A DNA stretch of 55,512 nucleotides from an uncultured Syntrophus sp. (GCA_964540555.1 CAZINF010000004.1:1-55512), one strand, 5' to 3'; shown: positions 19,954 to 29,815, counted from the first letter of the stretch. Translations and numbers: made by a program. Notes: generated from the letters alone by a model not told the origin.

Positions 19954-20841
19954 ATGAACAGCGGCGTGGTATTCAACATTCAGCGATTCTCCATTCATGA
20001 CGGGCCGGGCATCCGGACGACCGTATTTTTAAAGGGGTGTCCCCTTCGCTGTTTCTGGTGTCAGAATCCGGAATCCAAATCGGACAGACCGGAAATCCTG
20101 CTGGACAGGAGAAAGTGCGTCCAGTGCGGCGTATGCTCTGCCGTCTGTCCGAATGGCGCCTTCCGTCTTGAAGAAAGCGGACCGGTTTTCGACAGACGGA
20201 TCTGCAGAGGGTGCGGGCGATGCGCGGTCTCCTGTCCGAACGAAGCCCGGCGCCTTTCCGGAAAACGCATGACGGTGGAAGAGGTCATGCGTGAAGCTCT
20301 CAAGGATCTGAAGTTCTATGAAAACTCGGGCGGCGGCGTCACCCTGTCCGGTGGTGAACCCCTTGCCCAGCCTGATTTTGCACGACTGATCCTTAAGGGA
20401 TGCAGGGAGGTGGAATTGCACACGACCCTCGACACCTGCGGTTACGCCCCCTGGCCGGCGATTGAGAAAGTGCTGGAATATGCGGACCTTGTTCTTTTTG
20501 ATATCAAACACCTCGACGCGTCGAAGCATCGGGAGGCGACCGGGCAGGATAATCTGCTGATTCTTGAAAATGCGAGAAAGATATCGAAACTCAAACCGAT
20601 GCATATCAGGGTCCCCCTGATTCCGGGATTCAACGATTCCTTCGAGGCGGTGCGCGGGATTGTCGCTTTTGCAAAAGATGAACTGGGTTGTCGGGATCTC
20701 GACTTGCTTGCATACAACAGGATGGGTGAAGTCAAATACGATTTTCTGGATCAATCGAGCGTGCCGCTGCCGTCGCAGGGCGACGAACATCTGCACACGC
20801 TCGAAGCTATGATCGGCGGTTACACCGCCGTACCCAAATAG
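19954..20841 (+). CDS. Glycyl-radical enzyme activating enzyme (radical SAM with ferredoxin insert)
   Basis: FNIQRFSIHDGPGIRTTVFLKGCPLRCFWCQNPE, two extra CxxCxxCxxxCP motifs, GGVTLSGGEP. Confidence 0.92.
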   Translation: MNSGVVFNIQRFSIHDGPGIRTTVFLKGCPLRCFWCQNPESKSDRPEILLDRRKCVQCGVCSAVCPNGAFRLEESGPVFDRRICRGCGRCAVSCPNEARRLSGKRMTVEEVMREALKDLKFYENSGGGVTLSGGEPLAQPDFARLILKGCREVELHTTLDTCGYAPWPAIEKVLEYADLVLFDIKHLDASKHREATGQDNLLILENARKISKLKPMHIRVPLIPGFNDSFEAVRGIVAFAKDELGCRDLDLLAYNRMGEVKYDFLDQSSVPLPSQGDEHLHTLEAMIGGYTAVPK

Positions 20842-21154
20842 CAGGTTCGATCATTTACAAACCCGCCGCACCCCCCCGCTTTTTTTAAAAAATTTCCGGT
20901 TCATCCCGTTCTTGCATGCTTTCCGGGTTGAAAAGGGATCATGCTGACAGCATATGACACTTGGTACACAACGTCCCATCGAGTGACCAGTGACCGATCA
21001 TTACCAGGCCGACGTTTCCGTCCACCCTTTCTTGAACAGACCTGGAGTATTCAGGGAATTCTCCGTTCCACGACAAAACGCACCCGCATAGCGGGCAAGG
21101 AGATACCGCTTGAATCACTAATCAGTCATCAGCCAACACGCATCACGCAGGCAC

Positions 21155-21760
21155 TTACAGAGGCCTGACCTGCACCTTGCGCCACTTGATGGGCCCTCCG
21201 GCGTACTGAAGCGCAAAAGGCCCTTCGGCGAACTTGCTGTCCCGGATGTTGACAGTGACGACCCCGTTGAAAACGACGGTCAATTCCGGTCCCTTGGCCT
21301 TGATCTCGAAGGTGTTCCACTTGCCGCCGGCTTTATAGACGATGGGAACCGGTACCTTGGCGAAATCGACGATGGCTGCCGTGCCATAACTGGGGTCGGG
21401 GCGCGTGTCCCAGATGTTTACCTCATAGGAATTGGCGGCGGTAATATTGACGGGGTCGCTGCAGCGGATGAAGATGCCGCTGTTCGTCTTTGATTCGGCC
21501 CAGAACTCGGCCCGAATCTCGAAATCCTTGTAGGAGTTCTGTGTGACCAGGAAGCTGCTGCCCTTTGTGGTACTCATATCGGCCACGATGGCCCCATCCT
21601 CCGCCCGCCAGTTGGCTCCGCCTACACGTTTCCAGTTTTCAAAACCAGTTTCACCGTCAATCAGCGTGAACCAACCCACGCTTAACGGCAGGTGAGCGCA
21701 GCCGGCAACAATGAACACGACAGCCAACAAACCGATGGTAATGCGAGACATGCGTTTCAT
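21155..21760 (-). CDS. DUF1080 (3-keto-disaccharide hydrolase fold) lipoprotein
   Basis: Lipobox VAGC; NSGIFIR, YEVNIWD, GKWNTFEI, GPFALQ, IKWRKV. Confidence 0.8.
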   Translation of the reverse strand: MKRMSRITIGLLAVVFIVAGCAHLPLSVGWFTLIDGETGFENWKRVGGANWRAEDGAIVADMSTTKGSSFLVTQNSYKDFEIRAEFWAESKTNSGIFIRCSDPVNITAANSYEVNIWDTRPDPSYGTAAIVDFAKVPVPIVYKAGGKWNTFEIKAKGPELTVVFNGVVTVNIRDSKFAEGPFALQYAGGPIKWRKVQVRPL

Positions 21761-21980
21761 TTTTCCCTCCCCATAGTTGATAGATTTCCTCACGACCTGC
21801 CTCCTTTCTTAGCTCTGAGTATCAGAGCAGAGCTGAAAGTCTTTGCTTATTGCTTCAAGTTAGGTCGAATTAAATGGGCCAAAGGTGAACGAATAATCCC
21901 TTTCGGCCCTATCGTTTGGGCATTTTTGGATATTCGAAAATGTGAACCGGTTTAAAGGATAATTCAACACCTTTTAAGTT

Positions 21981-23591
21981 TTACTTCCTGATCGCCGCCA
22001 TGGCGTCGTTGAGCAGCTTGACACCGGCCTTGGAGGCGGTAATTGAGTCGGTCAGGCTTTCGCGGGCCAGGCCGGGGTTATGGAAGCCGTCCGAGTTCTC
22101 GGCGGTCCAGTACTCCCAAAGTACATGAGCCTCCTCGTGCTTCTCACGGGCCTGGTCGAGGACGCTCGGCGCAACGCCCATGCGCTGGGCGGCAGCGTAG
22201 GTGTCGATCAACTGGCCGAGCCAGTACTCTGATTTGCGCATTTTCCCCTTGGTGTAGTTGATGATCGACTCGATCTCGTAGAGTTTTTTCTCAACCGTGC
22301 TGTCCGGATGACAGCCGAGACAGGAGGCCTTGACGGTCAGCTTGGGTTTGACCATGCCATGGGTCGAGAACATCTTGCCGTCCTTTCCCTTCTGCTTGGG
22401 CATGTGGCACTGATGGCACTGCACGCCGGCCTTGTCGTGCACGCTGCCGGCATAGGTCTCCGCTTCGGGATGCTGGAGCTTGATCAGGCGCGCGCCGGTC
22501 ACGGCGTGCCTGAAGTCGAAGAAATCGAGCGACTTGTAATGTTTAAGCAGTTGCAGCGCGTTCTTGAGCGGGAAATGGTTGGTGCGCCGGTCGGCATAGG
22601 CGACAGGCTTGCCGTCGCTCCACTGGACGCCGACGCCGCAGTTGTATTCGACGTGGCACTGGGCGCACATCATTCGCGAGTCTGTTTTTCCCATAACCCC
22701 GATCTTGCGGAAGTCGTCGCGGAAGGAGATGACCTTCAGATCGGTCTTGCCTCCTTTGGCAAAAATATTCTCCTTGGTGTCCCGCTCGATAGCCTGGATC
22801 AGGCCGTCCCGCACCACGCGGGGCTGGGCGCCGTGCGGGTCGTGGCAGTGGATGCAGCCGACGGGGTTGTGGGTGTCCTTGGAGATATCCACAACGTTCG
22901 AGGTGCGGTCCCACTTGGCTTTGGGATCCTTGTCGCCCATGAACTTCCACTTCAGGATGTGGTCGGATGACTTGCACTGGATACAGGTCGGATTCCCGGC
23001 CATTCCGGTTTCTTTCATCTTGAAGTCAGCGCCTTTGTCGGTCAGCACGTCCCAAGTCCTGCCGGTTTTGTCGATGCCTTTCCAGCCGTCCTTGAACTGA
23101 AAACGGCCGCCCTGGAAGCGATCCACGACAAACTGGTCGATGACCATGAAGGCATGACCGCGCGGCTCATTGTGCTCAAAAGTAAATCCTTGGGGGGCCA
23201 GCAGCTTGTCCTGCAGGGGCGAGCGGCCGGTTGGAACGCCCTTCTCCTTGCGGGCGCCGCCATCGCGGGTGACACGGTAAAAACTTTCCACCTGGCTCTT
23301 GTGGCATTTTCCGCACAGCCGCTGGTCGATGATCGTGACCGGCTTGTTCTTCTCCAGATCTTCCATGTGGGCGTCAAACTTGTTATGACAGGTCTTGCAG
23401 GCGAGCTTGGCGTGCTTCGAGCCCTCTTTGAGGGTCTTGATATCCTCATGACACCCGTAGCAATTTTCCCTGCCGTCGTTGATCATTTTTGCCGCCGGTC
23501 TTTCCTTGGCAGCGGGTGCCATGGCAGGGATTGACAATACAGCAACCGTCCAGATGATTCCAGCGGCAAAGGCCAGATTTTTCTTCAGCAC
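21981..23591 (-). CDS. nrfA: Octaheme cytochrome c nitrite reductase (NrfA core plus three N-terminal hemes)
   Basis: Seven CxxCH motifs plus one CxxCK (CIQCK); HNEPRGH, CAQCHVEY, KLQHPEAE, ENSDGFHNP; signal peptide; GTG start after AAGGAG. Confidence 0.88.
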   Translation of the reverse strand: MLKKNLAFAAGIIWTVAVLSIPAMAPAAKERPAAKMINDGRENCYGCHEDIKTLKEGSKHAKLACKTCHNKFDAHMEDLEKNKPVTIIDQRLCGKCHKSQVESFYRVTRDGGARKEKGVPTGRSPLQDKLLAPQGFTFEHNEPRGHAFMVIDQFVVDRFQGGRFQFKDGWKGIDKTGRTWDVLTDKGADFKMKETGMAGNPTCIQCKSSDHILKWKFMGDKDPKAKWDRTSNVVDISKDTHNPVGCIHCHDPHGAQPRVVRDGLIQAIERDTKENIFAKGGKTDLKVISFRDDFRKIGVMGKTDSRMMCAQCHVEYNCGVGVQWSDGKPVAYADRRTNHFPLKNALQLLKHYKSLDFFDFRHAVTGARLIKLQHPEAETYAGSVHDKAGVQCHQCHMPKQKGKDGKMFSTHGMVKPKLTVKASCLGCHPDSTVEKKLYEIESIINYTKGKMRKSEYWLGQLIDTYAAAQRMGVAPSVLDQAREKHEEAHVLWEYWTAENSDGFHNPGLARESLTDSITASKAGVKLLNDAMAAIRK

Positions 23592-23608
23592 GGTGTTTCT
23601 CCTTTCTG

Positions 23609-24844
23609 TCACTGGTTCAGCGCGATGTGTTCCATATTCCCTTTTTCATCAAAACAGGTTTCTATCAATTCTCCACAGACTTCAAGCTGTTCTTGCCTGA
23701 GAACCTCCCCGATGAGCGCCTCTGTGGCCAGGAATTGATCGAGTTGGAGCGTGTTCATTATGCGAATAATCCTCGCTTTTTCCGGATGCTCCATCCTGTG
23801 AATCACCGCATCGAGAATCGCTTTATCGTTTTCAAGGGTAACCGGAACCCTTCCCGCCGAGTAGATACCAGTGGCCAAGACATTGGTGTACGTGGCTCGA
23901 TAGTCTATTTTTTCAACCAATCTCCTCGTCGTCAGATCGGCAAGTCCGATGCCCATCGCGTTTCCTTCCGTTTTTTCGGTTAGTTCCAAAACAGCCAGGG
24001 GGACCGCAACCTGCCCGGTTATAACCAAACGCCGTGTAAAGCCGATCACATTCGTGTCCATTCCGGAACCGCTGACGTCTTTTCCCATCTGCTCGACGAT
24101 GACCATGTCCAGTTGGCGAATGGGTATTTTCGGCATGATCGAGCGCGATTCCTTTGCCCATGCTATATCGTATTCCTTGAATTTGTCGGGGGCCACCACG
24201 GCCACATCGCGGGTCTCGTCGTAAGAATTTTCGAGAACGGCCACCCCGAAAATGACGGGAACGGCGGATCGGATGAAATCGCCCAGGGCGCCCAACACAT
24301 CCGTCCTGCCGGAAGCGTGGACGGCATCGGCGCCTTCTTTCTTCCCGAGTCCGACGACGAGCATCTTGTTCAGACCGCTTTGTATCTCCCCTTTGAAAAC
24401 CTGATGAGGCTTGATTCGGTTGATGACAACGATTCCATCCGCCTTATAGGCATTCTTATCCATGTACACGGGAATGTTTTCGACTGTCCCGAGCCGGACG
24501 ACCTCCATCGATGAATGAACGGGGACGCCAAGGTTGCCCTCGGTTAATCCGATCTCTTCAAGAACTTTTACCTGTCCGCGATCAGTCGCGCCGCCGTGAC
24601 TTCCCATCGCGGGCGCCAGGAAAGGGCGTCCTCCCTTCGACGAAATATAATCGATGACCGCCTTGGTTATCGGGGTGAGATTGGAAATGTGACGACTGCC
24701 TGCAGTAATGGCGATGCGCGCATCCCTCCAGGCAAAAAGGCCGTCCGACAGCGATGTCAGTTGACTGTACGTAGAGCGGTAAGGATCATCAACCCGTCTT
24801 CTATCAAGATTTTGACGAACCCTGATCCATTTTGGGTAGTCCAT
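23609..24844 (-). CDS. LarA-like (lactate racemase domain, DUF2088/DUF362-type) protein
   Basis: IAITAGSR, PAMGSHGGAT..GQ, NRIKPH, SGLNKM..GLGK..GA, GKDVSGSGMDTNVIG, GNAMGIGLAD. Confidence 0.75.
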   Translation of the reverse strand: MDYPKWIRVRQNLDRRRVDDPYRSTYSQLTSLSDGLFAWRDARIAITAGSRHISNLTPITKAVIDYISSKGGRPFLAPAMGSHGGATDRGQVKVLEEIGLTEGNLGVPVHSSMEVVRLGTVENIPVYMDKNAYKADGIVVINRIKPHQVFKGEIQSGLNKMLVVGLGKKEGADAVHASGRTDVLGALGDFIRSAVPVIFGVAVLENSYDETRDVAVVAPDKFKEYDIAWAKESRSIMPKIPIRQLDMVIVEQMGKDVSGSGMDTNVIGFTRRLVITGQVAVPLAVLELTEKTEGNAMGIGLADLTTRRLVEKIDYRATYTNVLATGIYSAGRVPVTLENDKAILDAVIHRMEHPEKARIIRIMNTLQLDQFLATEALIGEVLRQEQLEVCGELIETCFDEKGNMEHIALNQ

Positions 24845-24909
24845 AGGGGTTTTTACACCATATCAGTAGGGGTGACAGATCCTATCGTTTGTCGCCTTTT
24901 TACCTCAAT

Positions 24910-25109
24910 GAGGACTTTGAAAATCATGCTCCCTCCGCACGCTGGACATTTTTCGACCCTGCACCTCCTCGCTTCGCTGCAAAGACGAAACTCGCGCCGA
25001 CGCGCTCAGACAGTCGTCTTTGCAGACGCTACGCTGTGGAGGCAGGGTTCCCCGAAAAATCTCCAATGCGTGCTTCCAGGACATGATTTCCAAGTTGCGC
25101 AAAGGTCTC
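24910..25109. repeat. 200-bp foldback MITE-like element, copy A
   Basis: Ends GAGGACTTTGAAAATCATG / CATGATTTCCAAGTTGCGCAAAGGTCTC; arms are self-complementary and match 27687-27914 in inverted orientation. Confidence 0.8.
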
Positions 25110-26654
25110 TCAATTCAGTTCGATATCCTCAAAGGGGGCCGTAAACCAGATCAGCGGCTGGATCTTATACGGGTTCCCCTTCACCCTGGGGCCGATCGCT
25201 GCCGGAGAGTTGGTGTTGGTCAGGGGGAGCCACATGCTCCGCTCGTGGGCAAGGGTCTGAATCCTGTCGCTCAGCGACTTGCGGCCCTTCAACGATGGTT
25301 CTTTCTGGTATCTGCTCCAGAGTTCTGCGAGATCGGGGTAGTTCCCGTAGGAACCGCCGCTGAAAAGGGTGCTCAGGCGCATTGCCACCGTGGGCGCGGT
25401 GGGGTTGTCGATGAAGACCGCATCTTTCAGCTTTCCCGCCGCCCTCTGGGCCAAAAGCGCCGGCTTGTCCAACAGGACCGTTTCCATGTTGATGCCTACG
25501 GCCTTCCAGTAGGTGGATACCTGTTCACCGTAGGGCCAGTATCCTCCCTGGTAGGGATAAAACTTCCCTCCGTGGAAACCGGAGGGGTACCCGGCCTCGG
25601 CCAGAAGCTTCCTGGCGGCCGCCGGGTCGTATCGATCCGCCGGGAAATCGATACCCGTCGGGTCGCCGCCCATCGCCAGAGATCCCACGGGTCCGCCGCC
25701 CGGCATATGGATATCCGCCAGCGTCTGCCGGTCTATGGCCAGGCTTGCCGCTTTGCGCACCCGCGGATCGGCCCACGGCGATTTGGGATCCCACTGGGCG
25801 CCGATGTAGACCAGCCAGTTCACCGCGCTCAGGGGTGTCAGCGTGCGAAGACTCGGCGTTTTCTTTAAATCTTCATAATAGACCCCCTGCATGAGTGTCG
25901 CGATATCGGCCTCGCCCCGCTTGACCATGGCGAGTCTTGTTGCCGGCTCGGGGGTGTTGAAAAACTCCAGCCGCTTGATGTTCGGCGTCTTCCTCCAGTA
26001 CCCGTCAAAGGCTTCCGCCACCAGCTTGACACCGGGAACATGCTCGACATACCGGTAAGGGCCGGCCCCGACGGGCGCCTTTCTGAATGCCGCATCCCCG
26101 ACCTTTTCCACGTAATTCTTCGGGACGATCCAGGCGATCGTCGTCGCCCCCGGCAGCATGTACTCGAGGAAATCGGGGAAGCTTTCCTTGAAGCGGATCC
26201 GCACCAGGTTGGGGTTCACCGCTTCTACCTGCTCGATCCGGCCCTGGATCATTTTGGCGTTGGCCCCCTTGTATCGCTTGATTGTAAAAACCACATCGTC
26301 GGCGGTCAATGCGTCTCCATTCTGAAATTTGACACCTTTGCGGATTCTAAACTCATACGTCTTGGAATCTTCACTGATGGTCCACGACTCGGCCAGGCTT
26401 GGGGTGAAAAGGCCTCCGGGCATCGGCTTGAGCAGGGCGTCATGAAAGAGATACAGGGGATGATAGGCGGGGATCGGGAAGCTGCCCATGGATGGATCGA
26501 GCCAGTCGGCTGAAAAAGACCAGTGGATCGCCTGCTTGAGCACCCCCTGGGGCGTCGCGCAAACGTCACCCGCGGACATCAGCAAAATTCCCGCAACGGC
26601 CAAGACGGAGATGATCCTTGCCCATCGCTTTTTTATTGTCTTCATTTCTTTCAT
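25110..26654 (-). CDS. ABC transporter substrate-binding protein, family 5 (peptide/nickel)
   Basis: Signal peptide; PSLAESWTIS, GVKFQNGDALTADDV.FT, PVGAGPY, DPRVRKA. Confidence 0.9.
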   Translation of the reverse strand: MKEMKTIKKRWARIISVLAVAGILLMSAGDVCATPQGVLKQAIHWSFSADWLDPSMGSFPIPAYHPLYLFHDALLKPMPGGLFTPSLAESWTISEDSKTYEFRIRKGVKFQNGDALTADDVVFTIKRYKGANAKMIQGRIEQVEAVNPNLVRIRFKESFPDFLEYMLPGATTIAWIVPKNYVEKVGDAAFRKAPVGAGPYRYVEHVPGVKLVAEAFDGYWRKTPNIKRLEFFNTPEPATRLAMVKRGEADIATLMQGVYYEDLKKTPSLRTLTPLSAVNWLVYIGAQWDPKSPWADPRVRKAASLAIDRQTLADIHMPGGGPVGSLAMGGDPTGIDFPADRYDPAAARKLLAEAGYPSGFHGGKFYPYQGGYWPYGEQVSTYWKAVGINMETVLLDKPALLAQRAAGKLKDAVFIDNPTAPTVAMRLSTLFSGGSYGNYPDLAELWSRYQKEPSLKGRKSLSDRIQTLAHERSMWLPLTNTNSPAAIGPRVKGNPYKIQPLIWFTAPFEDIELN

Positions 26655-26658
26655 TGTC

Positions 26659-27624
26659 TCACGACGCCAACCATTCTCTGTTCGCCAGGTATTTCGGGGT
26701 CTGACCCTTCAGGACCGCGACGATGTCCCGGGCAACCGTTATCCCTATCCGCTCGATGGCCTCGGTGGTGACGCCGCCTATGTGGGGAGATCCGATAAAA
26801 TTATCCAGCTCAACCAGAGGGGTTTTCCCCGGCGGTTCATGCTCAAAGACATCGAGGGCGGCGCCGGCGATCGTTCCTTCCTTCAAGGCGAGATAGAGCG
26901 CCTTTTCATCCACGATTCCGCCGCGGGAGGTATTGACGAGGATCGCGCTTTTTTTCATGGCTCTCAAATCGCCATCACCAATAAATCCCAGAGTTTCCGG
27001 ATTGAGCGGCAGATGCAGGCTGATGAAATCCGCCTCTCTGAGGATCTCCGCCTTGCTTTTGTATTCGATCCCCAACTCCCCGGCCAACGGCAGGTTCTCA
27101 AACAGATCGTACGCAATGATCTTCATGTCGAAGCCCTTCGCCCGTCTGGCCACGTTGAATCCGATTTGGCCGAGGCCGAATATTCCCAGGGTCTTTCCCC
27201 AGACATCATTGCCCATGATCCTTTTCCACTGGCCGCCCCTGGTCATCCTGTCGGCCTGGGGGATTTTTCTGGCCAGGGCAAGCATGAAACCGAGGGTAAG
27301 GTCTGCAACCGCCTGCGCGTTGGCGCCCGGCGTATAAACGACCGGAATCCCCCTTGCGCCGGCGGCTTTCAAGTCGATGTTGTCGAGCCCGACACCGCAC
27401 CGCCCGATAACTTTGAGCCGCTTTGCGGCATCGAGCGCCTTTTCGGTGATTCGCTGCAGGCCGACGACAAGGACATCCGCATCCCTTGCCGCTTCGATGC
27501 CCTGTTCCTCGGAATTGGCGTCGATCTGCAGCGATTCGAATTCGCAACCGTTTGCGATCAGCAAATCGATCGGGGCACGATCCGTTTTCCCGAAATCGAG
27601 GGAGGTGGATTTCACCTTGATCAT
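26659..27624 (-). CDS. D-isomer-specific 2-hydroxyacid dehydrogenase (SerA-like)
   Basis: GVGLDNID, GKTLGIFGLGQIG, SLHLPL, VNTSRGGIVDE, LDVFEHEP, SPHIGG; start placed at the ATG after a GGAG RBS. Confidence 0.9.
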   Translation of the reverse strand: MIKVKSTSLDFGKTDRAPIDLLIANGCEFESLQIDANSEEQGIEAARDADVLVVGLQRITEKALDAAKRLKVIGRCGVGLDNIDLKAAGARGIPVVYTPGANAQAVADLTLGFMLALARKIPQADRMTRGGQWKRIMGNDVWGKTLGIFGLGQIGFNVARRAKGFDMKIIAYDLFENLPLAGELGIEYKSKAEILREADFISLHLPLNPETLGFIGDGDLRAMKKSAILVNTSRGGIVDEKALYLALKEGTIAGAALDVFEHEPPGKTPLVELDNFIGSPHIGGVTTEAIERIGITVARDIVAVLKGQTPKYLANREWLAS

Positions 27625-27686
27625 GTTAGCTCCTCGAACCCGTCTTCTTACAGAAACAATATTCGTTGCACCGGAAGCGTTACTTC

Positions 27687-27914
27687 GAGGCCTTTGCACA
27701 ATTTGGAAATCATGTCCCGGAAGCACGCATTGGAGATTTTTCGGGGTCCCCTGCCCCCGCAGCATAGCGCCAGAACGAAAAATGGGGACAGCTCCCTATT
27801 TTTCGCTATTTTGGAAAATAGGGAGCTGTCCCAAATTTTCCGTAGAGCGAAGCGAGGAGGCGCAGGGTCGAAAAATGTCCAGCGTGCGGAGGGAGCTTGA
27901 TTTCCAAAGCCCTC
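27687..27914. repeat. 228-bp foldback MITE-like element, copy B (inverted relative to copy A)
   Basis: Same arms as 24910-25109 but a different central hairpin (GGGACAGCTCCCTATTTT...AAAATAGGGAGCTGTCCC). Confidence 0.8.
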
Positions 27915-29127
27915 ACTCCATGAGTCTCGCCTCAAAAGGAGTCCCTTCGCTGATGCACTCGCACCCGTCTTCCGTCACGACGAAGTTGTCCTCCAGGCGG
28001 ATGCCGCCGATACCCGGCGTCCCCGTATAAGGTTCGATCGAGAAGACATTTCCCGGCACGAGCTTGCGCGCGTCTTTTCCGGTCACGCCCGGATAGAGGC
28101 CGATGAAGGGCGCATCGTTCGCCCCGACACCGATTCCGTGTCCCAGACTGCGATTGAGAATCTGATCATTGCCGCAGGCGAGCGCCACTTCTTCCGTCGT
28201 TGCGCCCGGCTTGATGGCCTTCTGCGCCCGTTTCATGCCTTCATAGGCCCGCATATGCAGCTTCACGAGCTCCTTCGAAGGGGCCTTCTCACCGCAGATC
28301 CAGGTTCTGGTGTAATCCCCCCAGTAACCGTTGAACCGGCTTCCGATATCGATGATCACCGGATCGCCGTCGGCGATGATCCTGTCCGATGTAAAGCGCC
28401 GGTACGGGGCGGTATAGGGGCCCGAGCAGACGATGTTCGCGCACTGCGTCCATTCGCCGGCAAGATCGTAAAACTTCTTGAACGCGACGGCCAGCACTTC
28501 GCATTCCCGGACGCCGGGCCTGAGAAACTCTTTGGCTGCATACATGCCCGACATCGTCATGTCGTAGGCAATCTTGAGGCAGAGTATTTCATCGGGCGTC
28601 TTGACGGATCGCGCCTTGATCATGACATCCTGGCCGTTGACGAGTTCCGCGTCCTTGAATACCTTGGGAAGCGCGTAGGCAAGGCCGGGAGAATACATGT
28701 CCACCGCCACCCTTTTCACGTTGATGTCCAGCTTCTTGCACCGTTCGAGCACATCCTGCGCCCACACCATTGAGCCTGTCTCCGATTCCAGGCCTCTGGA
28801 CGTGACAGGTTCTCCCTTCTCGTTCTCGGCCAGAGAGCTCCACAGCCAGGGACATCGTGCTTTGGCATGATAATAATCCAGGGTGTAAAGGTATTCCTGA
28901 CTCCTGGAGGTGATGGCAAGCGCGGCCATGCCGAAATGGGCCTGGGGCCAGTCATGGGTCCTCAGCGCGGTCGCGTAGCGAATATTTTCCAGTCTGAACG
29001 TGAGCAGAAGGTCGACTCCCGAATCCTCGACCGCTTTTCGGACTTTCTCTATCCTGCTTTTCCTTAATCGGTCAAAATTGACCCGCTCTTCCCAATCAAC
29101 GCCAATTAATCCTCTACCGTAATCCAT
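27913..29127 (-). CDS. M24 family metallopeptidase (Xaa-Pro peptidase/creatinase fold)
   Basis: Metal ligands in IIDIG, GYWGDYTRT, GHGIG, FSIEP, GIRLED; RSVKTPDEI. Confidence 0.88.
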   Translation of the reverse strand: MDYGRGLIGVDWEERVNFDRLRKSRIEKVRKAVEDSGVDLLLTFRLENIRYATALRTHDWPQAHFGMAALAITSRSQEYLYTLDYYHAKARCPWLWSSLAENEKGEPVTSRGLESETGSMVWAQDVLERCKKLDINVKRVAVDMYSPGLAYALPKVFKDAELVNGQDVMIKARSVKTPDEILCLKIAYDMTMSGMYAAKEFLRPGVRECEVLAVAFKKFYDLAGEWTQCANIVCSGPYTAPYRRFTSDRIIADGDPVIIDIGSRFNGYWGDYTRTWICGEKAPSKELVKLHMRAYEGMKRAQKAIKPGATTEEVALACGNDQILNRSLGHGIGVGANDAPFIGLYPGVTGKDARKLVPGNVFSIEPYTGTPGIGGIRLEDNFVVTEDGCECISEGTPFEARLME

Positions 29128-29144
29128 TTCATTTATCCTCCGAA

Positions 29145-29699
29145 TTACGAGAATCGGTTGCGGTGCAACCAGCTTCCCTCGGGCCTCAGTTTGCGAGGCG
29201 CAGGCTCTTCTGCAGGGACGCCGATGGAGACCGCCGCTACGAGCTCCATGTGCTGAGGGGCGTGGAGGATGGCGTTGATTTGCCCGATTGCATCGCCGCT
29301 GAAGCGGGCGATCCTTGTGCCCAAGCCCTCGGCCACCGCCGCAAGGAGCATGTTTTCGATACAGCACCAGGCGCCCGCGGCATCGGCAAGTTCCCGGTTG
29401 CAATAGACGACGATGAGGCTGGCGTTTTTAAAGGAATCCTTCTGTTTCAGCGCCGCTTTTTCCTGTTCTTCGGGCGCTACTTCCCCTGCGGCTTTGCCTC
29501 GAATGAGGACGTATTTCACCTGGCCTATTTTATCAATGATCCCCTGATCATCAACAGCAACGAATTCCCAGTTTTGTTTGTTCATGCCCGAAGGTGATTG
29601 GGCGCCTGCTGCGAGAATTCTCTTCAACTGATCTTCGGTGGCGGACCCCTGAAATTTACGGATTGTTCTGCGTTGTTCGATGGCTCGATACAGTTCCAT
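29145..29699 (-). CDS. Nitroreductase family protein
   Basis: IEQRRTIRKF, SPSGMNKQNWEF, ENMLLAAVAEGLGT. Confidence 0.9.
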   Translation of the reverse strand: MELYRAIEQRRTIRKFQGSATEDQLKRILAAGAQSPSGMNKQNWEFVAVDDQGIIDKIGQVKYVLIRGKAAGEVAPEEQEKAALKQKDSFKNASLIVVYCNRELADAAGAWCCIENMLLAAVAEGLGTRIARFSGDAIGQINAILHAPQHMELVAAVSIGVPAEEPAPRKLRPEGSWLHRNRFS

Positions 29700-29815
29700 A
29701 GCGATGTGCTCCTTTTTTAGGTTGATGCTGGATGTCATTTCTCATGAGTGATACGACGTGCCTCGATCGGGAATTAATCAGGACATTCCTTCATACACAA
29801 ATAAGATACAAAGGG

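Noticed and set aside
24889-25144. Short ORFs sharing PSARWTFFDPAPPRFA-like peptides with ORFs near 27648-27935
   Set aside because: They are translations of the repeated foldback element, not genes.
27625-27765. N-terminal extensions of the dehydrogenase, M24 (to 29403), UPF0280 (to 45760) and lgt (from 17698) ORFs
   Set aside because: They run through MITEs or neighbouring genes; family-typical starts lie further downstream.
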